Shown piece by piece: positions 25,891-32,964 of a stretch of DNA of 34,226 nucleotides. The position numbers and the translations under genes were made by a program. Source of the stretch: Opitutales bacterium (GTDB taxonomy: Bacteria > Verrucomicrobiota > Verrucomicrobiia > Opitutales > Coraliomargaritaceae); assembly GCA_046546295.1 (NCBI GenBank), contig JBKGYB010000001.1, positions 1-34,226 on the forward strand, read 5' to 3'. Below the pieces are notes generated by a model. That model ran no database searches, was not told the DNA's origin, and worked only from the letters and a program-made list of their open reading frames with translations. The first letter of the stretch is position 1; the number at the start of each line of letters is the position of its first letter.

Positions 25891-27291
25891 ATGGCAAAAC
25901 AGGAAAAACAAGTGACTTGGGGCGGACGTTTTACGGAAGGCCCATCGGATTTAATGGTGCGTATCGGGGAATCGGTCTCTTTTGATCAGCGCCTGGCCTG
26001 TTTTGACGTGCAGGGTAGCAAGGCGCATGCCGCCATGCTGGCCCATGTCGGACTTTTGGAGACACAGGAGCGCGATGCCATTCGGGCGGGGCTGGACGCG
26101 ATCCGGGAATCCATTGAAGCGGGCGCCTTCGAGTGGGATCCCCGGCTGGAGGATGTGCACATGAACATTGAACAGGCGTTGACCGCGCGCGTGCCGGCTG
26201 CGGCCAAATTGCACACCGGCCGGAGCCGGAACGACCAGATCGCCACGGATATGCGGCTTTGGTTCAAGGACGCTTGTGATAAAATCGATCTGTCGTTAAG
26301 CGCGGCCAGTTCGGCGCTGGTGGAATTGGCCGATCGCACGAAAGAAGTGCGACTACCGGGCTATACTCATTTGCAACGGGCGCAGCCAGTGTCGATGGCG
26401 CATCATTTGCTCGCCTATGTCGAAATGCTGGATCGGGACAGGCGCCGCTTCTCGGCCGTCCATGAGCAGGCCAATGTTTGTCCTTTGGGGTCGGGTGCGA
26501 TCGCCGGAACGACCCTGCCGATAGACCGTGCGTACGTCGCCCGCGAGCTGGGGTTCGTTGATGCAAATGGGCAGCCCCGGATCACCCGGAACAGTATGGA
26601 CGCGGTCAGCGACCGGGATGTGTTTATTGATTTCGCCTCCGCATGTGCGACAACAGGCGTCCATCTTTCCCGGTTGTCCGAAGATCTGATTCTTTGGAAC
26701 AGCGGGGAGTTCGGTTTTATTCATTTGCCGGACGCCTTTACAACGGGGTCCAGTTTGATGCCGCAGAAAAAGAACCCCGATGCTTTCGAGTTGATTCGGG
26801 GCAAATCCGCGCGTTTGAGCGGCAACCTGCAATCATTGCTTGGGATGGTGAAAGGTCTGCCTTTGACCTACAACCGGGATCTGCAGGAAGACAAAATCCC
26901 GGTTTTCGATTCCTTTGACCAGATTCATTTGATGCTCGATACGGTGGCCGCATGCATTGCAGGGGTTCAGGCAAACAAGGAACGTTGTGAGGCGGCCGTT
27001 GCCGATCCCGCCCTCCTTGCAACGGATGTCGTCGATTATCTGGTTCTGCGGGGCGTGCCCTTCCGTGAGGCGCATCATGTGGTGGGATCGCTCGTCCGTG
27101 TTGCGGAAGAACAAGAGGTGCGTCTTGATTGTCTGCCCTATGAGTCGGTGGTTGCCATCCACCCGAAACTCGGGGAGGACTGGAACCAGGTGTTCGATCT
27201 CGACCGGGCCTTCCGTGAGCGGGAAAAACCGGGCATGCCGGGCCCGCGGGAAGTTGAAGGACGGATTGAGCGCTGGCGCAGTCAAGTCTGA
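25891..27291 (+). CDS. argH: Argininosuccinate lyase
   Basis: [29 protein letters not shown] and the signature [12 protein letters not shown] are present. The start is set at ATG 25891 ([14 protein letters not shown]). Confidence 0.93.
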   Translation: MAKQEKQVTWGGRFTEGPSDLMVRIGESVSFDQRLACFDVQGSKAHAAMLAHVGLLETQERDAIRAGLDAIRESIEAGAFEWDPRLEDVHMNIEQALTARVPAAAKLHTGRSRNDQIATDMRLWFKDACDKIDLSLSAASSALVELADRTKEVRLPGYTHLQRAQPVSMAHHLLAYVEMLDRDRRRFSAVHEQANVCPLGSGAIAGTTLPIDRAYVARELGFVDANGQPRITRNSMDAVSDRDVFIDFASACATTGVHLSRLSEDLILWNSGEFGFIHLPDAFTTGSSLMPQKKNPDAFELIRGKSARLSGNLQSLLGMVKGLPLTYNRDLQEDKIPVFDSFDQIHLMLDTVAACIAGVQANKERCEAAVADPALLATDVVDYLVLRGVPFREAHHVVGSLVRVAEEQEVRLDCLPYESVVAIHPKLGEDWNQVFDLDRAFREREKPGMPGPREVEGRIERWRSQV

Positions 27292-27298
27292 CAGGCTG

Positions 27299-27658
27299 CT
27301 AAATGTCGGCGAAAGAAAAAGGACGTTCCGGGGAGCCTTCGTTGATGGCCAGACGATCCCTGACAATGGGAAGGGTCAGGATGACCGCGGGCTTGTTGTC
27401 GGCCTGCCCGCGGTAAGTGGTCTGGCCCAGCCACGGGCTTCGTTTTTCAGCGAACCGGTAGCCCCGGCTTTCCAAATCCTTCCCGAGCGCCACCATTTTT
27501 GTGCGGCTCATGCCGGTTCCTTGAAAATCCAGGACCAAGTGTCCGTTGTCGCCCTTTTCGACGTCGAGCGTGCATTCGACCTCGGGTGTGTGTTTTTGGA
27601 TGTAAACGAGGACTTTTGCGGCTCTTTCGAGCCGGTGCCGTAGAATGCGCGGTTTCAT
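27299..27658 (-). CDS. Hypothetical protein (119 aa)
   Basis: This clean ORF fills the gap between argH and the UDG gene and is co-directional with the UDG gene. No motif is recognised. Confidence 0.45.
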   Translation of the reverse strand: MKPRILRHRLERAAKVLVYIQKHTPEVECTLDVEKGDNGHLVLDFQGTGMSRTKMVALGKDLESRGYRFAEKRSPWLGQTTYRGQADNKPAVILTLPIVRDRLAINEGSPERPFSFADI

Positions 27659-27706
27659 GGCGAAGCAACTTACTCCAATCTTTCTCCGGAATCAAGAAGC
27701 GCCTTC

Positions 27707-28633
27707 TTAAAGGAAATAACGACGCTGCTTTTCGCTGATGGGAAGGCTGAGTTGCTCCATGACAGCGAGCATGTCTTCCCAGACCCGGCGTTTGGTCTTC
27801 AAGGTATCGTTGCGGAGAATATAGGAGGGGTGAAAGGTGACCATGAGGGGGATATCCGAAAAGCTGTGCCAGACGCCGCGTATCCGCCCCATTTTCCGCG
27901 CAGGATCGTGCCCGAGGAGTCCGTCAACGGCGGTTTTCCCGAGCGCAACCACAACTTTCGGTTGAATGATCTCGATCTGGGCATGCAGATAAGGCAGACA
28001 GAAGCGCATTTCCTCCGGGGTGGGCGGGCGGTTGCCGAATGACTTGTCATGTTCGGGACGCCATTTGAGAATATTCGCAATGTAAACGGATTCACGGTCC
28101 AGGCCCATGGCTTTGATGATCTGATCCAGCTTGTGGCCCGCTTTGCCCACGAAGGGCTCGCCGCAGGCCGCTTCCTCGGCGCCCGGCGCCTCCCCGCAAA
28201 ACAAGAGCTCCGCTTCCGGGGAGCCAGCGCCGAATACGATTTTGCCGTCCGGCTCAAGGCGTTCATTGCAAACCGGGCACGCTTCGACCTGTTTTTTCAG
28301 TTTTTCCAGGCGCGTGGCGGGATCGCCTGCCGGGATTTGAACCGAAGGCGGGGATTCCGGGATCGGTCTGGTCTTTGATGTTTCCCGCTGCGACGTCTCT
28401 TTGCGCGTTGATTTGGAAGGAGCGACGGGCAGTGATGCGGCGGGGGTACGGGTAGACGCATCGGCTGCGGCACGCGGGCGGGATGTGTCGCTTTGAGCGC
28501 TTCCGTCCCCGGCGGGGCGCGGCGCTGATTCGGTTAACGTGGTCCAGGCCGCTTCGCTGACAAAAACCTGTTTCGTTCCCGTGTTGCGGAGTCGTTTGAG
28601 TTCTTCATGGATTGCTGCAAGGGCTGCCTTCAT
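27707..28633 (-). CDS. Uracil-DNA glycosylase, family 4, with long N-terminal extension
   Basis: The C-terminal core carries CPVC (Fe-S ligands), GEAPGAEEAACGEPFVGKAGHKL (family-4 GEAPG motif) and TFHPSYILRN (HPS motif). A Pro/Ser/Thr/Ala-rich linker of about 80 aa precedes the core. The start is set at ATG 28633 (MKAALAAIHEEL); an alternative ATG lies at 28729. Confidence 0.85.
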   Translation of the reverse strand: MKAALAAIHEELKRLRNTGTKQVFVSEAAWTTLTESAPRPAGDGSAQSDTSRPRAAADASTRTPAASLPVAPSKSTRKETSQRETSKTRPIPESPPSVQIPAGDPATRLEKLKKQVEACPVCNERLEPDGKIVFGAGSPEAELLFCGEAPGAEEAACGEPFVGKAGHKLDQIIKAMGLDRESVYIANILKWRPEHDKSFGNRPPTPEEMRFCLPYLHAQIEIIQPKVVVALGKTAVDGLLGHDPARKMGRIRGVWHSFSDIPLMVTFHPSYILRNDTLKTKRRVWEDMLAVMEQLSLPISEKQRRYFL

Positions 28634-28897
28634 GGAACCGGATCCTGAAAACCGGAAGGGCCGGAGGCAAGAGCGCAAATGTTTTTGCCTATAAATCGGG
28701 GCTGCGTTGAATCGCACGGAATCACTCATCGCTGGAAAGCCCCGCTTTTCTTATTAATCTTTTTCTGGCGCCAAATTAGCAATTCTTATTGTTAGGATTC
28801 TTGTTTCTAAAAAAATTGTAAATACCGAATGGTTTTTATTTGAACCTTTACACGAATTTATCCTATGTTATACGTAGACTCAGGACAAACCTGCCAG

Positions 28898-28927
28898 CTA
28901 TATCCCATCCTAGTGTCTATATCCCAT
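28898..28927. promoter_or_regulatory. 11-bp direct repeat CTATATCCCAT (x2, 19-bp period) in the AT-rich upstream region; candidate operator/promoter element
   Basis: CTATATCCCAT occurs at 28898-28908 and again at 28917-28927. A partial third copy, GAATCCCGT, follows. The repeats lie 29-58 bp upstream of ATG 28956, inside a conspicuously AT-rich 226-bp intergenic region. Their function is inferred only. Confidence 0.3.
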
Positions 28928-28955
28928 TATAGAATCCCGTTAATGACAAATTTAT

Positions 28956-30182
28956 ATGAGTGAAAAGGCGACGCTTTTGGAGAAGACGCCACCGATTGCA
29001 AAAGCGGGCGAAAAGTCCGGTCAAGCGGACACGGGCGGAGAATCCGGTCAAGCGGACGCGGGCGGAAAGTCCGGTCAAGCGGACGCGGGCAAAGAGTCCG
29101 ATCAAGCTGACGCGGGCGAAGAGTCCGATCAAGCACAAGCGGTCGGATCGGAGACCGTCGCCCAAGAGGTAGAGCCCCAGATGACAGTGTTCCAGGCAGT
29201 GACATACGGGTCCTTTGTCCTGACCTTTTGTTTGGCGGGTTTCGTCGCACTCGTTCTGTTCCGAAAGCTTGCGAAACTCTTGGAACCACGGTTTATTTTC
29301 GGCGCGAAAGCGCTGGGGGCAGGATTTGTAATAGTCGCGTTACATGGAGTTTTTGCCACCTACCTCTATACAAACTTTCTTTATGGTGAGTCGGAAGCCA
29401 TGCCCGTGGTGTTTTCCATGGCCTTGTGGATTGCGCTTGGCCCATGTGTAGGGGTGGTTCTCGGGCATTTGCTTACACCGGGAAAGCGACCTGAGCGTGC
29501 TCGGCTGATTGTCAATACCGCGTTGTATGGCATTGTGTTTTTTCTTGCCACACTCAGTCTCGCCAGTGGCATTAAAGAGAACGCAGCGCTGATTTTCTCT
29601 CTCCTTGCGATGTGCTTGTATATCGTTCCGCTTGCGCGTATGCTTGTCGATTTCCACACCGCGAAAGCCCGGCATTCCGAGCTGCGGGGAATATGGAATC
29701 AGTTGCTCATTTATGGATTGGTCGTTTTTCCCGCGCTCATTCTCTTGCTTGGTTTTGTTCGGCTCTGCGGGCTCGATGCCGGATTAACCCAGTTTTTGAT
29801 CAATTTCCTGCTGTTTGACTTTGTTCTTCTGAGCGGAATCGCCATGCTCGGGGCAGCCGACGAAATGACGGAGGCGGCCACCGCGACTTCGACGGATGCC
29901 GCAACGACGCAATTGAACGCGAAGGCGCAAGACGACGACACGTCTTCGAAGGCCAAGCCGAAATCACCTGCGACGGCTGAGCCGGATACGGCTGTTTCAT
30001 TCGAAGCGGAGAAACAAGAGGATCATTCCCCGGATGCCGCAAAGCAACCTTCCCGGGAAAAGCCCCAAAGCGAGCCTGTTCCCCCGAAAAAGCCCGGCCG
30101 CTCGAAGTCGAAGGATAAGCCGGCGGCGCCGAACGCGCCCTCGCGCCTGAAAGCGCCGTCTCGTCCGAAGAAACGCTTCTAA
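28956..30182 (+). CDS. Seven-TM membrane protein with N-terminal acidic 9-aa repeats and a Lys/Pro-rich C-terminal tail
   Basis: 408 aa. Residues ~17-60 are G-x-x-S-G/D-Q-A-D-A repeats. Residues ~80-300 hold seven hydrophobic helices with short loops. Residues ~300-408 are low complexity (PKKPGRSKSKDKPAAP...PSRPKKRF). The family is not recognised. Confidence 0.75.
   Translation: MSEKATLLEKTPPIAKAGEKSGQADTGGESGQADAGGKSGQADAGKESDQADAGEESDQAQAVGSETVAQEVEPQMTVFQAVTYGSFVLTFCLAGFVALVLFRKLAKLLEPRFIFGAKALGAGFVIVALHGVFATYLYTNFLYGESEAMPVVFSMALWIALGPCVGVVLGHLLTPGKRPERARLIVNTALYGIVFFLATLSLASGIKENAALIFSLLAMCLYIVPLARMLVDFHTAKARHSELRGIWNQLLIYGLVVFPALILLLGFVRLCGLDAGLTQFLINFLLFDFVLLSGIAMLGAADEMTEAATATSTDAATTQLNAKAQDDDTSSKAKPKSPATAEPDTAVSFEAEKQEDHSPDAAKQPSREKPQSEPVPPKKPGRSKSKDKPAAPNAPSRLKAPSRPKKRF
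29007..29141 (+). repeat. Five tandem copies of a 27-bp in-frame repeat (GGCGGAGAATCCGGTCAAGCGGACGCG consensus)
   Basis: The units are 29007-29033, 29034-29060, 29061-29087, 29088-29114 and 29115-29141. The last is diverged at its 3' end. They encode GEKSGQADT/GGESGQADA/GGKSGQADA/GKESDQADA/GEESDQAQA. Confidence 0.9.
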
Positions 30183-30218
30183 AAAAATTAAAGCTAAAAC
30201 CAAAACCCCAGCCACGCA

Positions 30219-31181
30219 ATGATTATGGATATATCCGGAATGGGTTTCACCGATGAAGTCAGTTCACTTCAGCCGGGAATGGAACTCGGCAATCTGCAAA
30301 TCGTCAGTTTCGTCGGCAAGGGAGCGATTGGCGAAGTCTATCTCGCTCAGCACGAGACACTTGGCAAGGAATTCGCTGTTAAAGTAATTCCCAAAGGGTT
30401 TACTGAAGACGAGGCGCAATCGGTTTTCAAGCAGGCTGCCCGAATCCAGAAAAATTTGGACCACCCCCATATTGTGCGGATAGATGATCTGGGTGAAGAG
30501 GATATGTTTTACTGGTTGCGGATGGAGTCTATTGAAGGCGAGCTTACCGCCGACAACATCCGGCTTCGCTCACTGGAAGACCTGATGCAACACACCAAAG
30601 CTCCCCTGAGCGAGGAGGAGGTGTGTTATTATCTGTACTATCTGTTGCTTGGTCTGGACCATGCGTTTCGGCAGGATCTTGTCCACGCCGACTTGAAACC
30701 TTCCAATGTGCTGTTGGCTGAAGAGGGTGTGAAAATCGCTGAACTTGGAGTTACGGATTTGATCGGACATGCATGGGACGACTTTCACTTGTTGCGGCAA
30801 AATCCCCGCTTGGAACCTACTCCGTTTGATCCCCTGCCCGGGTTCAGTCGTCTCCTTCCCGCACTGCTCAACACTTTCGAGTACTTCAGCCCGGAACAAC
30901 GCGCGGGTAAAGCCCCTTCCGTTCAAAGCAATCTATTTACCGTAGGTCTTATGGCCTACCGCATGCTTACCGGGCGCAATTGTCATTCCGTGGATCCTCC
31001 CACGCATGTGGTCAACGGGATCAATCCCAAATGGGACGCGTGGATTGAGCGGGCGCTTGCCTATGATGCCGAAGACCGCTTTGAATCCGCAACCGAGATG
31101 CTGGAGATGATGCCGGGCCTCGAAATCGAAGAGACGGAAGACGAGAGTTCGATGGGCAGCGCTGAAGCGTCTGCCGGTTGA
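30219..31181 (+). CDS. Hanks-type Ser/Thr protein kinase-like protein (atypical: DFG replaced by ELG)
   Basis: The Gly-loop is GKGAIGEV, the VAIK-like Lys is in FAVKVI, and the catalytic loop is HADLKPSNVLL. KIAELGV (30741-30749) stands where DFG is expected. The activation segment is long (~50 aa) and ends in SPE(Q). There is no additional sensor domain. Confidence 0.8.
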   Translation: MIMDISGMGFTDEVSSLQPGMELGNLQIVSFVGKGAIGEVYLAQHETLGKEFAVKVIPKGFTEDEAQSVFKQAARIQKNLDHPHIVRIDDLGEEDMFYWLRMESIEGELTADNIRLRSLEDLMQHTKAPLSEEEVCYYLYYLLLGLDHAFRQDLVHADLKPSNVLLAEEGVKIAELGVTDLIGHAWDDFHLLRQNPRLEPTPFDPLPGFSRLLPALLNTFEYFSPEQRAGKAPSVQSNLFTVGLMAYRMLTGRNCHSVDPPTHVVNGINPKWDAWIERALAYDAEDRFESATEMLEMMPGLEIEETEDESSMGSAEASAG

Positions 31182-31244
31182 ACGGCGGCTTAAATAAAAA
31201 GAAAACTCAAAACCGAAAATATTAATCCGAACCCAAAAATAACC

Positions 31245-31958
31245 ATGCAGCGCAAATATAAAGTTACTACTTCTATCACCCAATACATGTGGGCGGCTTC
31301 ACGTGCGGATGCTGAAAAATACCAGGAAGAACTTCTTCACAAAGGCAAACTGGATGTATTCCGGCACGGTGAAACGGATGTTCGTTTTTGTTTTACCGGG
31401 GGGGGAGAGTTTATTGAAGCTCCCGAAGATATTTCGAAAACACGCGACCCGATCACGGAACCCAGGCGCGGCGATTGGTTGGAAGTCGGGCATGGGGATC
31501 TCAAGACATACGCTCTCGTGCGGCGTTTAACACGCCGCAAAGTATATTACTACGAAGGGCATTCCAAGACCGAGCGATCGGTTGATCGTGAGCGCTGGGA
31601 ACATTGGGCTTCGCAACATTGTGTTCACCCGTCCTACGACGGGATCGTGCCGCCATTCATTGTCGAAGAAGCCGTACAAGCCCATGAGGACCGCGGTTTG
31701 ATCAGTGGGTTAGCCGCAACGCCGGACTCTTCCTTAATTCTCGAAATCCTTGATAAATACGATTACGTGCCGGATGATTATGATCTAGAAAACGGGTATT
31801 GGGCCGAAGTGTATATTGACCGGGTCATTTCCGAAAAAATACTCTCCGCTTCGGGGAACAAATCGTCTCTGGCGACCGGAACCGACGGGGACTTGGAGAG
31901 TGGTGATTTTTCGGTTGGATTCTCCGAAGAGCTTCCTACAATTGATGAATTTGAATAA
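31245..31958 (+). CDS. Hypothetical protein (237 aa) with a strongly acidic C-terminal tail
   Basis: This clean ORF is on the same strand, 63 bp after the kinase gene and 51 bp before the ParA-like gene. No motif is recognised. The tail is ...DGDLESGDFSVGFSEELPTIDEFE. Confidence 0.6.
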   Translation: MQRKYKVTTSITQYMWAASRADAEKYQEELLHKGKLDVFRHGETDVRFCFTGGGEFIEAPEDISKTRDPITEPRRGDWLEVGHGDLKTYALVRRLTRRKVYYYEGHSKTERSVDRERWEHWASQHCVHPSYDGIVPPFIVEEAVQAHEDRGLISGLAATPDSSLILEILDKYDYVPDDYDLENGYWAEVYIDRVISEKILSASGNKSSLATGTDGDLESGDFSVGFSEELPTIDEFE

Positions 31959-32009
31959 TAACAATGAAGCGGGCGCGGAACCGCCTGATTCTTTTTAACT
32001 AACAAAATC

Positions 32010-32927
32010 ATGCCTCGAAAACTTGCTTTTATCAACTATAAGGGAGGGGTCGGAAAAACTTCTCTAATCGTCAACATCGCAGCCTGTCTTGCAAAAAAGG
32101 GCAACCGTGTGTTGCTCTGCGATCTTGATACACAGTCTAATTCCAGTATCTGGCTGCTGCGCATTGAAAGGTGGAACCGGATCAATATGGAAAAGCGGGG
32201 TTCCATCTATTCGATTTTCGACCCCGGCGAGGAAAGGTTGAAAGATATCCTGGTGAAGGACGCCGTTCAGGACAATCAGGGGAGGCCGCAACTACCCGGA
32301 CTCGATTTGTTGCCGACGACTTTCAACTTCATTGACATCGAGAACGAATATAAGATCAATCCCCAGAACCCGCATTATAAGATATTCAACGAACAGATTC
32401 GGGAAATCGAAGGGGATTATGATTTCATTCTCTATGATTGCCCGCCCAATGTGCTCAACGCTTCGCAATGTGGGATTTTCAGCGCGACGGAACTGTACGT
32501 GCCTGCCAACCCGGACGCTCTGTCACTTATCGGGTTTACATTGATGATTGAAAAACTTCTGCTTTTTTACCGACGGTCCTCCGGCTTTCGAACTCCTGAA
32601 ATGGGCAATTTTGCCCGGGTTGCCGGCATTATGTTTAATTCGATCAAAGCTAATGTCGACATCGGCGTGCCGAAGATGCGCATGCAGCTGCGGCTCAACC
32701 AGTTCAAAAAACAACGACTGGTTTCGGATAGGGCAAAGATCTACGATGCCTGTGTTCGCGATGCTACAATTGTACGTCGAGCGGTAACGCTCGGTTTGCC
32801 GGTGTGCCTTGTTGAAAGTCGCGATGTCGCCGACGGAGTTGGCAAGGACTACGATGATTTGGCCGAAGAAATTCTGGCTCATAATGTGAATGACGCCGTA
32901 AATGCCTCTTTGGCATCCGCTTCTTGA
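32010..32927 (+). CDS. ParA/MinD-family P-loop ATPase (deviant Walker A)
   Basis: The deviant Walker A with signature Lys is KLAFINYKGGVGKTS. Walker A' is VLLCDLDTQSNSS and Walker B is FILYDCPPN. At 305 aa it is longer than a typical chromosomal ParA/Soj. Confidence 0.85.
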   Translation: MPRKLAFINYKGGVGKTSLIVNIAACLAKKGNRVLLCDLDTQSNSSIWLLRIERWNRINMEKRGSIYSIFDPGEERLKDILVKDAVQDNQGRPQLPGLDLLPTTFNFIDIENEYKINPQNPHYKIFNEQIREIEGDYDFILYDCPPNVLNASQCGIFSATELYVPANPDALSLIGFTLMIEKLLLFYRRSSGFRTPEMGNFARVAGIMFNSIKANVDIGVPKMRMQLRLNQFKKQRLVSDRAKIYDACVRDATIVRRAVTLGLPVCLVESRDVADGVGKDYDDLAEEILAHNVNDAVNASLASAS

Positions 32928-32964
32928 AAATCCCGGAAAAACATGTATTGTAATTTTCCCTGAC

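Noticed and set aside
26957-27643. 228-aa plus-strand ORF spanning the argH 3' end and the 119-aa hypothetical gene
   Set aside because: It overlaps argH out of frame and is antisense to the minus-strand ORF. It has no motifs, and the simpler gene model is preferred.
28917-29289. Minus-strand ORFs with RLTGLSARV / LDRTLRPRP repeats
   Set aside because: These are reverse-strand translations of the 27-bp tandem repeat inside the 7-TM gene, so they are artefacts of the repeat.
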